Of a stretch of 64,000 bases of DNA, positions 27,485 through 41,769 are shown in pieces. The position numbers and the translations under genes were made by a program. The notes below the pieces were generated by a model. It was not told where the DNA came from. It ran no database searches and was given only the letters and a program-made list of their open reading frames with translations. Position 1 is the stretch's first letter. Each line of letters starts with the position of its first letter. This stretch comes from Eledone cirrhosa. Its lineage: Eukaryota. The DNA is taken from positions 32,860,001 to 32,924,000 of the forward strand of contig OZ024748.1 in the NCBI GenBank assembly GCA_964016885.1, in the 5' to 3' direction.

Positions 27485-27790
27485 TATTAATAAGAGGAAT
27501 TCCAACTTTGTCTGATTTACTCGTTTTATTTACAATCCTTTAAAATATATATAATGGTATTATAATGAAATAGTATGATAGAATATTAAATTCTAAGTGT
27601 TAATTGAACACTTAGAATTTAACATTCAATTAACACTTAGAATTTAATATTCTATCATACTATTTCATTATAATACCATTATATATATTTTAAAGGATTG
27701 TAAATAAAACGAGTAAATCAGACAAAGTTGGAATTCCTCTTATTAATATAATCTTCTATACACAATCATACACACCCGTGTATATTTACC
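27485..27790. repeat. Perfect foldback (27485-27608 / 27625-27748) plus tail
   Basis: attaataagaggaattccaactttgtctg... / ...cagacaaagttggaattcctcttattaat. Confidence 0.88.
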
Positions 27791-28037
27791 TATCTATATC
27801 TATATATATATACATATATATATATACATACATATATATATACATACATATATAAATATATATATATATATATATACATAGTGAAATAAGATAGCAAGGA
27901 CGTTACTCCTCCATTACGTTTATTGGTTGTTGATGCGCGTTTCGACACTGATCAGCTCAAGGTTTGACCTGTATCGATCTGACCCAACTCTGTAATCCCT
28001 GGATATATATATACACACATACGTATATATAAATACA

Positions 28038-28374
28038 CATCACCATCATCAATTTATGTCTGCTTTTCCCTGCTTGCAAGGGTGGGACGGGAACTGATTC
28101 TGGCTTGATTTCTACAGCTGGATGCCCTTTCTAACACCAACCTCATTTACAGTGAGTGCTGGGTGCTTTTTTGCCATGGTGCCTACACATCCACTTTGCA
28201 GTGGAATGATATGGACCCCAGTCCCTATCATCTCATTTCTACAGCTGAGTAAACTGGAGCAATGTGAAATAAAGTGACTTGCTCAAGGAAACAACACATC
28301 ACCTGGTCTGAGAATTGAAATCACAACCTTTCGATTGCAAGGCCAATGCTCTAACCACTAAGCCATGTGCTTCC
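28038..28374 (-). mobile_element. tRNA-headed SINE with Meta/V-like core, Ceph-like domain and RTE family B tail
   Basis: Head ggaagcacaTGGCTTAGTGGttagagc...gatttcaattc; core tgtttccttgagcaagtcactt; gttagaaagggcatccagctgtag; tail cccacccttgcaagcagggaaaagc matches the family B RTE 3' end. Confidence 0.85.
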
Positions 28375-28399
28375 ATGTATATATGTATATATATACATA

Positions 28400-28540
28400 A
28401 AAGATTATAAAAAGATGGTATGTTCACAGCCAATCTATGAAGAACCGTAGACTAGAGAACTCAACAATGCTGCCCAATAAAATCTAGCAGCTTAAGGACA
28501 CAAACCAGGAATATGGGATTAGCTGATCGAAATTTAATTA
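28400..28540 (+). mobile_element. PLE GIY-YIG fragment (paralog at ~46280-46410)
   Basis: The 46.3 kb copy translates KRWYVHSQSMKNHRRLENSTMLANKIWQLKDTNQEYGISW, like KARFNTHKHSF...NTTSLAEKI...EYDMTW; the 28.4 kb copy has stops. Confidence 0.7.
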
Positions 28541-28916
28541 CCGCCCACCCCCACATCTTGTGTATATAACATAGCCATTTGTTTCTCTATATATGCCTGT
28601 GTCTACGGTTCCTTCATAAACCAGTTCCTAGATCATGATCACAACACCGTCATCCTGAAATAACACATCCACCAGATGCAGAAGAATGCACACGTCATGT
28701 TAAAAGCTGGTCAAATCCAATCAGATCAAGTCCTCATGAAGAGTCTGTTGCACAAGGTAAATAGTATGTGTGTGTGTAAATATATATGTGTGTGTGTGTT
28801 TGTATATATATATATATATGTGCGTGTATATATGTGTGTGTGTGTGTGTATATATATATGTGTGTGTGTGTATATATATGTGTGTGTGTATATATATATA
28901 TGTGTGTGTATATATA

Positions 28917-28947
<31 letters not shown>

Positions 28948-29071
28948 GTGTGTGTGTATATATATGTGTATGTGTGTGTATATATATGTGTGTGTGTATG
29001 TATATATATATATATATGTGTGTGTGTATATATATATATGTGTGTGTATATATATGTGTGTGTGTGTGTGA

Positions 29072-29105
<34 letters not shown>

Positions 29106-29492
29106 ATGTGTATATATATATATATGTGTGTGTGTGTGTATATATGTGTGTGTATATATATATATATATGTGTGTGTATATGTATATATATATATAGTTA
29201 GAGAGGTGTGTATATAATAAATAATGTATATAATCTACGTCTACTCGTGAACTATAACTTCTACTTTGCAGCTTACAGCTATAGCTGGTGGCTGTGATGT
29301 TGACAAGAATGTAGTACTCAATGTAGCGTGCATGATATAGAGTAGCATTGAGGAAGGTGAAAATACATAATGTAAAACACACAAATATATATATAGTATA
29401 TATATATAAAAGGTAAACAGAAATAACAACACAATCGGTACAGTATACGGAAGGGATATATTAGGTTAATGATTGATATAGCAGGAAGAGGG

Positions 29493-29528
29493 TCTTAACG
29501 TTTCCGACGCTAGTCCTTCATCAGAAGA
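29493..29528 (-). ncRNA. Minimal hammerhead (family also at 40631-40666 and 47145-47179, both with G12 mutated)
   Basis: tctt CTGATGA a ggactagcgtcg GAAA cg TT aaga. Confidence 0.65.
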
Positions 29529-29632
29529 AAGAATGAGAAATAAAATAGATTAAGGGGACCGGCTGGATTGAATTGGAAAAAATGCCTTTATATAAAAAAT
29601 AATAGGCCCTTTCATGTTGACATCTCTTGCAA

Positions 29633-29704
<72 letters not shown>

Positions 29705-29745
29705 ATGATATTAATAAATGGAAACTATATTTATGAAACCATATT

Positions 29746-29806
29746 TATTCTATTATATATATTTCAAGGGTACCAAAACTTTGGTACGCTCTCATCAGAT
29801 AAAATA
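29746..29806 (-). ncRNA. Type I hammerhead ribozyme (paralog at 47378-47437)
   Basis: tattttat CTGATGA gag c gtacca...tggtac c ctt GAAA tatata TA atagaata. Confidence 0.78.
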
Positions 29807-29954
29807 CAAAGTTTGTTTTATAAATTGTGACATACCCAGGAATGATATCTTAACGGTTCTAGTTTCTCCTGGATAATGAAAAGAAAGAGAGAAAAAGGGA
29901 AGAAAGGAAAAAACAAATATTTCAAATTATTTTGATGAATATGCAGATGATAAT

Positions 29955-30978
<1,024 letters not shown>

Positions 30979-31594
30979 CTAAAAATATTTCTTCTTCTAT
31001 ATTTCCCTCAACTGTGATTTCATTTAATACCTGAAGATAATACAAACTTACGTTTCACCTAAATTTAGTTAAAATACAAACTAATCTCATAGTGATGAAA
31101 ATAAACTCAGTTCTGAGGAAATATTTCACAGTAATTGAACTATAGATTTATATAAACAGTGTTATATAAGTTCTGTTTAAAATGTTTTAGTCTTGAAATG
31201 ATGATAAATATAGGTGATGTATCCGAGATTGAAAATAATAATTTATCCCAATGTCATCTGGTATTCTGAAATGAAATAGAAACAGTATGAGATAATAGAG
31301 AATACTTTAGAAGCAGAGATATATTTAACAGTGGAAATTTTATATTTCTATATTGATAAACTGTAGATATAAACTTTCCTGTCCAGAGCAATTCTCTCCA
31401 ATGTAAGCAGTGGTATTCAAGCATGTTCTATAAATTATATCCTTATATCTCTATGGTAGTTTAGCGAACAATTCATTCTGATAGCACTTTCTAACGTAGC
31501 TATCATCTCCTCTCCTAGTGACATGTCAACACCGGTTTAACATATACATATATAGATATATATACACACACATACACACACATATACACATATA

Positions 31595-32478
31595 CAGGGT
31601 GGGGACGATATTCGATTACTGTCTAGGATAAAATAACACAGTAGTTTTATTTATTAAGATATATTTATCAAACTTGGGTCAGTTTGTCTTCATGACTTGT
31701 TCTTTCGATCTCACTCGATAAACCCGCCATTGGCTTTGATGATGGCTTCAAGCCGGCCTTGGAACCGGCTACAGGCCTTCGTCACCGTTCCCTGACTTAG
31801 GCCCCTAAAGGCGCTTGTGATCCTGGCCTTCAGATCGTCTTTCGTATTGCAGCTAGATCTGTTGGTGTCTCGTTCCACTGCGCCTCACACAAAGAAGTTG
31901 AGGGGGTTGCAGTCAGGCGAGCTGGGAGGCCAGATGTCAAGTGAAGTGTGGCCGACGAAATTTTCTGACAGCCAGGCTTGGGTCTTTCAGCTGGTATGGC
32001 AAGGCGCTGAGTCTTGTTTCCACATGTACAGCCTAACTGCAGCTACCTGGTCGATCCAGGGCTTTACTACCTTGCTCAGAATGCGAATGTAGCCATCAGT
32101 GTTCAGCTTGAGGCCCTCAGGGAAGAAGTGAGGTGGCACGACGTCATCTTGACTGCTGACGACACCTAAGACCAATGTTGTCACTGGAAACTTTGTCTGC
32201 ATGACTCTGGGCACGTCTTTGGATGAGACAGCGAGCCACCTGTTGTTCTGTGAGTTGATCTTCTGGTCTTATTTGTCCTCCCGGCGCGGATTCCAAGAAG
32301 AACACTGTGTCTCTTCCACAAATTTGGAGGTTCAAAATTATTCATAATCAATTATTCTGAAAATAAATAATGAAAATATAGTCACTGTTTTTATGAAGAC
32401 AAGAGTGACAACGGAAGTTAAAAAAATTTGCATAAAATTAGCAGTTGATAATTGGGAACAAATATTGTCCACACCCTG
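31595..32478 (-). mobile_element. Internally deleted DD37D (maT) Tc1/mariner DNA transposon
   Basis: TIRs TA|cagggtggggacgatatt ... aatattgtccacaccctg|TA. Transposase remnant KQDSAPCHTS*KTQAWL...WPPSSPDCNPLN has 37 residues between the 2nd D and the 3rd position (N in place of D) and contains stops. Confidence 0.85.
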
Positions 32479-32514
32479 TACATATATATATATACATATA
32501 TATATGTATATATA

Positions 32515-34775
32515 TATGCAACTTTTACAAACAACCGCAATGACAGAGGATGGAGACATCGTTATGCTAGCAGGGGACTTCAATGGTCATGTTGGACAGC
32601 TCCAGGATGGTTACACTGGGGATACATGGTTGGCACGGTTACAGGTCAAGAAATGAAGAAGGAGTGAGACTTCTTGAATTTTGTGATGCAAGTACACTTA
32701 CTATTTGCAACACTAACTTCCAGAAACCTGTAAACCACCTAATAACGTACAAATCAGGCGAGCACATAAGCCAGATTGACTTCTTACTAGTTAGGCAGCA
32801 GGACAAGCAGATAGTGTCTAATACCAAGGCATACCCTGGGGGAGAATGTACCCCACAGCATAGGTTAGTCGTTAGTGATATCTCAGTAAGCAAGAGATGG
32901 AATGAGACATACAGGAAGGTGTGCAAGCTAAATACCTTTCACTAAAATACAAATTTAGGAAAGCCCTTCAAGATGTGTATGACAAAAAAGAAAATGATTT
33001 AGAGACGTATGACATAGATAATAACTGGAATTTCTTACGTGACAACTTACTGCAGGCTACTGATGAAACTTGTGGCTGGAGCAGAGCTCCAACCAGACAG
33101 AGAGTGACCTGGTGGTGGAACAGCACAGTAGATAAGGCCATTAGAAACAAAAGACTAGCATGGAAAGCTTGGAAAAAGGGTGGGAGTAGAGAAGGATATA
33201 CAGCCACTAAGAGAGAAGCTAGACATCAGGTGTACTTAGCATGCAGGGAGGCTGAGAGTAGGAGGTTTGCCAATGTTCTGCAACGGGAAGATCAGAGGAT
33301 GGCAGTGTTCCACATTGCAAGGCAGTGTGTCAATGCAAATCAGGATGTTGTTGGAGATAAATGTGTCCGGGATGATGCCGTTGTACTTAGTGTCACGAAT
33401 GATCATAAAAAGGAGGCCTGGAAATGTCATTATGAGCGACTGATGAATGTGGAGAACGAATGGGAGAGAGAGAAATTACCCTTAGTAGATCCGACAGAGG
33501 GACCAGCTATTGAGATTGATGAATATAGGGTCCAAGAGGCGATTAGGGAAATGAAAAATGGTAACGCTGCTGCACCATCGGGAATAGTTGCTGAGATGCT
33601 GAAGGCATCAGGGGACGTAGGCACTAAATTGGTTGCACGCATCATCAATCAGGCTATATATGGTGGTGTCATACCCAAAGACTGGTGCAGCAGTATTCTC
33701 ATAAATTGCTACAAAGGTAAAGGGGATGCTCTAAAGAGGAGCAATTATAGGGGTATAAAACTTGTGCCTGGGAAAAGTACAACAGATGCCCTCTTCTCGG
33801 TGAAACAATTACAAGATAGGTTCTGAGAGAAGTATAAGCCACTATACTTAGCCTTTGTTGACCTAGAGAAGGCCTTTGATAGAGTACCCCGATCTGTCAT
33901 CTGGTGGTCCCTAAGGAAACTAGGTGTTGAAGAATGGCTTGTGAGGACAGTGCAAACTTTGTACAGAGGTGATGTCAGTAAAGTGAGGGTAGGAATGGAG
34001 TTTAGTGAGGAATTTCAGATACATCAAGGTTCGGTCCTCATTCCGCTCTTGTTCATTATAGTCCTCCAAGCCATAACAGAGTAGATTAAGACTGGCTGTT
34101 CATGGGAACTTCTCTATGCTGATGATATGGTTCTTATAACAGAATCAGTATTTGATATGCAGAAAAGGAACTGGCATAAATTCTATAAAATGCACACAAT
34201 GCAGATCCTGGGTACACAAGAGATGTAGTGGGATAGCAGGCAAACTAACAGGTAGAGAGAAATATGTATGCAGTAGATGTACAGGGAAATTAGACAGAAA
34301 TCGCAGTGATAGACACATTTTTCAAATGCGCGTGGGTGCTATAGAAGTGGTGGATAGCTTCCGGTATCAAGGAGATCAGATTAGCATGGGAGGGTGGGGG
34401 GTGTTCCGAGGCCATATTATATAGAATAAGGACGGGTTGGAAGAAGTTTAGGGAGCTGCCTCCTCTGCTGTGAAGAAGGGTTTCTCCCTGCGTACGAAAA
34501 GCCGGTTACATGATGCCCGTGTGAGGAGCGCGATGCTGCATGGTAGTGAGACATGGGCAGCAACTGCAGAGAATATGCGACGGCTGGAGAGAAATGAGGC
34601 AAGCATGCTCCATTGGATGTGCAATGTCATTGTGTGTGAACGACCCAGCATGGATGTGTTGAGAGAGAAACTGGGTCTAAGTGGGATAGAATATAGTGTG
34701 CGAGAGAAGAGAGTGAGGTGGTATGCACATGTGATGCGCATGGAGGATGACCAATGGGTGAAGAAGTGCCAGGAA
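32515..34775 (+). mobile_element. RTE family B, degenerate, with internal deletions
   Basis: AGDFNGHVG, LITYKSG, ORF 32921-33826, RT motifs with stops, RVRWYAHV. Confidence 0.9.
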
Positions 34776-36370
34776 CCCCATCCTGCCATACTTTCGAAGC
34801 CTGCTTTTTGGCTTTGACTGTCTCCTCCACCTTACTGTTCCACCACCAAGTTACTCTCCTCCTGCCTATAGGTCTGCTCCAGCCACAGATTTCATCCGTC
34901 ACTTTCAGCAGGTTCACTTTCAAGAATTCCCACTGTTCCTCTATATTGTACGTCTCTAATTGCTCTACCTTACTGGCTGTGGGGTCCTTCAACTTCCATA
35001 TTCTTCTCCTCAAGGTAGTCTTTTGTTTTACGTTCATTGTTCATCACACACACACGTATAATTGATATTCTCTTTGGAATTACTGATGAAACTTGTTAGT
35101 GACACAATACAAGAGAAGTTCATACCCAAGATTAAGTTGCTTTATTTAGCTTTTGTAGATCTAGAAAAGGCCTTTGGCAGAGTACCTCACTCTGTTATCT
35201 GGTGGTCCTTCAGAAATTTACATGGAGAATGGCTTGTGAGAGCAGTTCAAGCCATGTATAGAGGAGCTGTCAGTAAAGTGAGAGTAGGAAGGGAGTTTAA
35301 TGAGGAATTCAATGTACAAGTAGGTGTTCCATGCTAGTCTTTTGTCTCTAATGGCCTCATCTACTGTGCTGTTCCACCACAAGGTCACTCTCTGCTCCAG
35401 CCACAAGTTTCATCAGTAGCCTGCAGTAACTTGTCACGTAAGAAATTCCAGTTATTATCTATGTCATAAGTCTCTAAATCGTCTACTTTTTCATCATACA
35501 CATCTTGAAGGGCTTTCCTAAATTTGTATTTTAGTGAAAGGTCTTTTAGCTTCCAGACCTTTCTTCTCCACACCTTCCTGTATGTCTCATTCCATCTCTT
35601 GCTTACTGAGATATCACTATCGACTAACCTATGCTGTGGGGTACATAGGCAGAGATGATTGTCAGTAGTCTCCTGCCTACAACTAATGTAAGCTTAATTA
35701 TTTGATTACTAACTCGAACTACCTCTATTGTCTTATTGATCCATCTCTCAACCAGGAAAATGCCTACTCCCCCTAACCCATCATCCTTACCTACCCAGAA
35801 AAGCTTATAGCTAAGATGTTTGCCTACGACTAGTCTCTCAGAGGCATCTCTCCATCTCACCTCTTGCACACAGCACACATCCAGATGCCTTCTCTCCAGC
35901 ATCTCCGCTATTTCAGCAGATCTACCTCTGAGAGTGCCAACATTAAGTGTTGCAAATCTGAGATGCGACGTCTTCATATTTTGTTGTTGTTCCTATTTGT
36001 TGCTGTGCTGATAAGCGTGTTGGCATTGATACACTGGTTGGATGCCCTTCCTAACACCAGCGCCACTTTACAGCATGGACTGGGTGCTTTTATTTGTCCC
36101 ACCATCACTAGAGAGGATGTCTTACTAGACTCAAGGGCCCTCTGTACCCCTCCATTTTACAGCATGGTCATTAAAAAAAACTAAAAAAAACTACTTATTG
36201 ACACACGCACACACACACACTCACACACCAACACTCATGCATACAAACTACAAACACACACGCCATTCACACACCAACACTCATGCATACAAACACACAC
36301 AGACCACTCACATACATATATATTACCGGCAGTACTGATACAAAATCAAAATCATGTCAACTGTTGACTT
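34776..36370. mobile_element. Scrambled RTE fragments: family A (-, 34776-35040), another RTE RT piece (+, ~35085-35332), and inverted 5' part of family B (-, ~35330-36370)
   Basis: ORF pieces WSRPIGRRRVTWWWN, LAFVDLEKAF and ATLNVGTLRGRS..CCVQEVRW; the 5' UTR matches 51460-51890 in reverse. Confidence 0.85.
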
Positions 36371-36424
36371 TTCCCAGTCCAGTTCAGTTTATATATAATA
36401 ATAATAATAATTGTTTGCTTTACG

Positions 36425-36746
36425 CTGGTGATGGTGGTGGTGGTGGTGGTGTTGGTGGATGGTGTCAGTGCTGGTTGTGGTGGTGTTGGATGGTCTAAAT
36501 GATGGTGATGGTGGTGGATAGTGTCAGTGATGGTGGTGTTGGTAGTTGTGGAGGTGTTGGATGATGTCAGTGATGGTGATGGTGGTGGTGGTCACCATCA
36601 CTGACACCATCCACCTCCACCACCACCATCACTGACACCATCCACCACCATCACCATGACTTACACCATCCACCACTACCACCACCATCACTGACATCAT
36701 CCACCACCACACTACCACCACCCTCACTGACACCATCCACCACCAC
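36425..36746. repeat. GGT-rich minisatellite folded back on itself (centre ~36592)
   Basis: (ggtggtggatggtgtcagtgat)n followed by (atcactgacaccatccaccacc)n. Confidence 0.8.
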
Positions 36747-37336
36747 ATATATATATATCACTTTCATAACTCATGAGAAAGAAATATATTTTCACTTGTA
36801 TATAATTATTGGATCATTGTAGGGTTCACATAATTATATTATTTACATACATTAATATAGACGTTAAGTAAATCTTTGTCAACTTACCTCCTTCAGATAT
36901 AATCAATGTGTTGTGTTGTTAGTTTTTACTAAACAACCAAAGAAATAATCTCTTTGTTATCAAATTAGAAGTTTCAAAGATGTTATCAGCTTTATTTCAC
37001 GACATTAACGTTGGTAGTCATAAATTGATATCTTGTCAGAATGAAGTAGTGAGGCTGACTTTATGTCTTTAGCTACAGATTTGATAGGAAATATATATAT
37101 ATTAGGTTGATATGTGGTCTAAAATATATATATTGTCTATAAATGACTGATAGCAGATGTTCTGGTGAAATAGTAGTTTTACTACTACAGATTGTAATGG
37201 AACTCTTAGTAGACACAATTGTAAAGTAAGAATAGATATGACAGTGTAAGACTGATGTCGGGGAATTAAAATTGTGTATATATATATATATATATATAAT
37301 TGTTACACAAGATATAATTAGATTAATTAAAGTTAT

Positions 37337-38378
37337 AATTGTTTCTACTTTAGGTACAAGGCCAGCAATTACCCAGTGCATTACTGGTACTTTATTTTAT
37401 CGACCCCATAAGGATGAAAGGCAAAGTCAACCTCGGCGGGATTTGAACTCAGATCGTAAAGGGACATAACTATGCTGGAAAGCATGGCGTCCGACCCTCT
37501 ACCGATACTGCCAATCCACGTCGTTGAGAATGTTTCAACTCTATTACCGGTGTCATACTTTAAAAGTCCCTGATATAATTTAATACCTTCAGACACAGTT
37601 CCAATCGTATTTAATTTATTGTAAATCAGAAAGTATCACTCAATAAAATATCAATTATATATCAATAATAAAACATCTAACTGCTAGAAATAGCAGTGAT
37701 ATTATCCATTACAACTTAGTTTTTTTGTTTAAAATCTCCAAATTTAGGTATACAATCAACAGCAAATCTTTTGTATAGATTTCGGAATAAACTGGAAGAC
37801 CGTCAGAATATCATTCTCCCTCTTGTATGTATGTATATATATATATATACATTTAGGTTTGTTGGTTTACCACTGGATAGAACTGGTCATTCCGTATAGT
37901 CAACCTTGATGTAATATTAGGGAGAGCACTCGACGTGATCCTATATTTCAGGTTATTGTTATCATGACTGTCTTTATTAGTAGAGAGTTGGACGCCATGT
38001 TTTCCAGCATAGTTACGTCCCTTTACGGTCTAAGTTCAAATCCCGCCGAGGTTAACTTTGCCTTTCATCCTTACGAATCGATAAAATAAAGTACCAGTAA
38101 TGCAGTGTAATTGCTGGCCTTCTGCCAAAAGTAGAAACAATTATTTAAAATACCTCGGGCGATGGATAAGGCAGTATTAGTAGAGGGTCAGACGCCATGC
38201 TTTGAAGCATAGAGTTACCTCCCTTCATGATCTGAGTTGAAATCCCGCCGAGGTTAACTTTGCCTTTCATCCTTATGCGGCCGATAAAAGAAAGTACCAG
38301 TCACGCACTAGGGTCAATTTAATCAACTTTCCCCTCCCCGCAAATTGCAGGCCTTGTGCCTATATAAGAAACCATTAT
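37337..38378. mobile_element. Cluster of three Nin-domain tRNA SINEs (37337-37520 -, 37975-38143 +, 38157-38378 +); further copies at 60385-60528 and 7145-7224
   Basis: Box B gagttcaaatcccgcc, core ctttgcctttcatcctt..ggtcgataaaataaagtaccag, tail ggccttgtgcc..aagtagaaacaatt. Confidence 0.8.
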
Positions 38379-38431
38379 AATTTTAATTAACCTAATTATA
38401 TCTCTTGTGTAACAATTATATATATATAGAT

Positions 38432-40372
38432 ATCATCATCATCATCAACGTTTAACGTCCGTGTTCCACGCTTGCATGGGTTTGGACGGGGGTATTCCCA
38501 CTTGAGGCAAGAGTGATTGTCTTGCTCGCATAGGACTGTCTGGCAGGTTTTCTACAGTTGGATGCCCTTCCTAACACCAACCACATTTACAGTGTGGGTC
38601 TGGGAGGTTTTTACCGTGTTGCCTACACAGCCACATTACAGCGTGGACTGTGTGTTTTTTTTGTCGTGACACCTACACGATCTCATTTGTTTCGGCCTGG
38701 ATGGCGTGGCACCAACATAACTTTACATAGAAGGGGGGTGGGTGGGGGGGGGGGATTTTGTTAGAGATGCCTACTGGCTGTAGTAGGTTTTACTATGTAT
38801 TTAGGTAAGGCAGGTCTTCTCTGTTACTGAGTACCGCCAAGGGTCTCGGTCCAGTGACATTGTCTTGGAGAGGTGTAAGTGTGTGAGGTCGGAGTTTATC
38901 AGCTCGTCCCAGGTTTTTCTAGGTCTGCCTATTCCGTGGCTACCGTCTATCTTTATTGCCCTGCACTTTATTATACAGCTATCGACTTTCATGCGCATCA
39001 CGTGTCCATACCAACGTAGCCTTCTCTCGGGTAAACAACATCTGATCCCTCTTATTTCTAATTTTTTCCTTAGTTCGTTTATGCGTTGCCGTTCACGTAT
39101 ATTACTGTTACACATCCAGCAGAGCATGCAAGCTTCGTTCCTCTCTAGTCTGCGTATATCCTCTGCACACAATGCCCAGGTCTCACTGCCATGCAACATT
39201 GCTGTTCGTATGCAGGCATCATACAACCTGCCTTTCATTTTTAGGGAGAACCCTTTAGCAGCTAATAGTGGTATAAGCTCTCTGAACTTTTTCCAACCAG
39301 TTCTGACTCTAGCTACTGTACTTTCAGAGCACCCTCCCCCACTGCTGATTTTGTCACCCAGGTAACAGAAGCTGTCCACTATTTCTATAGAACCCTCTGC
39401 GCAATTGAAAGAGCTAGTATTTTGTGGGCACTTGCTGCTACTTATTGCACCAGAGCACCGGCCACATGTAAAATCTATGTTCTTAGTTAGCTTACCTGTG
39501 ATCCCACTACATCTTTTATGCACCCATACTTTGCATTTGGGACATAAAATGGAGTTTCTACCTACGCCTTTCCTACACACTGAGCATGGCCATTTCCCAG
39601 AAGGGACCGCCGCCTTATTTTCTTTCCTACAAACTAGAACTTTAGTCTTAGCCAGGTTAATTTTAAGTCCTTTTGATTCTAGGCCGTGCTTCCATGTTTG
39701 GAATTTCTTCTCTAGCTCGGCCATTGATTCAGCTATGAGTGTCAGGTCGTCTGCGTATAGGAGTTCCCATGGGCAGCCGGTCTTGAACTCCTCTGTTATA
39801 GCCTGAAGGGCAATAATAAATAGTAGGGGGCTGAGAACAGAGCCCTGATGGACGCCAACTTTTACGCTAAACTCTTCACTATATTTGTTGTTAATTCTAA
39901 CCTTGCTGACTGTTTCTTTATACATGGCTTGTATAGCTCTCACAAGCAATTCGTCAACACCTAGTTTTCTAAGAGCCCACCAGATAATGGAACGGGGGAC
40001 TCTGTCGAAGGCTTTCTCCAAGTCGACAAAAGCTAAGTAGAGGGGTTTACCTTTAGCTAGGTACTTCTCCTGTAGTTGTCGTACAATGAAAAGAGCGTCT
40101 GTGGTACTTTTGGCTGACACAAACCCGAACTGCATTTCATCTAGGTCAATTCTCTCTCTGATTAGTTGCGCTATTACTTTTTCCGTGATCTTCATAACCT
40201 GGTCGATTAATTTAATGCCTCTATAGTTACTCCTATCTAGGGCATCTCCTTTACCCTTATAACAGTTAACGATGATGCTGCTATGCCAGTCCTTCGGGAC
40301 AACCCCATTCTGTACGACTTGGTTAACTATGCGGGTGACCATGGTGAGTCCCACCGTGCCAGATGCCTTCAT
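38432..40372 (-). mobile_element. RTE family A, 5'-truncated (ORF 38801-40372, 523 aa)
   Basis: Near-identical to 2180-4140, including the 3' UTR and (GAT)n tail. Confidence 0.95.
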
Positions 40373-41287
40373 ATATATATATACACAATTTTCTCTCCCC
40401 TACATCAGTCTTACACTGTCATATGTATTCTTACTTTACAATTGTGTCTACTAAGAGTTCCATTACAATCTGTAGTAGTAAAATTACTATTTCACCAGAA
40501 CATCTGCTATCAGTCATATATGTACATACATATATATATGTATATAAAAGCTAAACAGAAATAACAACACAATCGGTACAGTATATGGAAGGGATATATT
40601 AGGTTAACACTTGATATAGCAGGAAGAGGGTCTTAACGTTTTGGACACTAGTCCTTCATCAGAAGAAAGAATGAGAAATAAGATAGATTGAGGGGACAGG
40701 CGGATTGGAATTGGAAAAAATGTCTCTAGATAAAAATATCTATGTAATGTAATGTAATACAGCCAAAAGGGCACATATTGGGAAAATATTTTGAAAGGAA
40801 GTTGACCCTGAAATGGGAATACAGTTGGAATAAAACAAGTTTCGAGTAAATCGGAGCAGGTATTCCCAAGATATGGGTTTCTGGGGTACCTTCATAAATA
40901 GAGAGAGAGAGAGATATAGAGAGGAATTGAGAATGGTTGTGAGAGAATAGATTGAAAGAGAGACAAAGAGAGAGGGAGAGAGAGAGCTGGTGGTGTTGTG
41001 TATATATATATACATGTGAGTTTGTGTGTGTATATGACCAGTATATATAGATCACAGACACCCACACACATATATATATATACACACACATACATATATA
41101 TATGTATATACACACACACATTTATATATATATATACACTCACACACGTATATGGGCCACACACACATTTATATATATATATACACACACACACATGTAT
41201 GGGCCTTCCAGTTCACATTATATACATGTCTGTATAAATTTATTTTGAGGTGACTGTTACCCAACGGTTCACAGGTGGTCTACATAC

Positions 41288-41334
<47 letters not shown>

Positions 41335-41335
<1 letters not shown>

Positions 41336-41752
41336 TAGTAAAAGGAAAAGAAAATGCTGACAAATTGTTCCCAGTGAAAAATAGTTTAATTAGGAATAAG
41401 TAAAAATTAGTAATAAGTATTGATTAGTTTTCAGTTTTAGTTTTAAGTTTTTACCGGTTGCGCATTTCTAATGCTTTTCAAAAATAATTTTGAGATAGAG
41501 CGCCCGCGATGTTTTCTCTAATCTAATTAGAACAAACATCACGGGCGCTCTATCTCAAAATTATTTTTGAAAAGCATTAGAAATGCGCAACCGGTAAAAA
41601 CTTCAAACTAAAACTGAAAACTAACCAATACTTATTACTAATTTTTACTTATTCCTAATTAAACTCTTTTTCACTGGGAACAATTTGTCAGCATTTTCTT
41701 TTCCTGTTACTAATATATCACAACTCGTGTGTTACACCTCTATTCTTTTAAA
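41335..41752. repeat. Foldback (41335-41515 / 41533-41713) plus tail, with the 3' half of a hammerhead-like motif
   Basis: Arms are reverse complements; GAAA tgcgca at ~41580; tail caactcgtgtgttacacctc. Confidence 0.85.
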
Positions 41753-41769
41753 TATATATATATATATAT

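Larger units (their letters stand above)
31266..36887 (-). other. Putative intron of ZNF gene 1; upstream non-coding exon ~36888-37072
   Basis: Acceptor tctatttcatttCAG at 31266 and donor GAG|GTAAGTT at 36887; both are conserved in the paralog (49541 and 58382). Confidence 0.55.
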
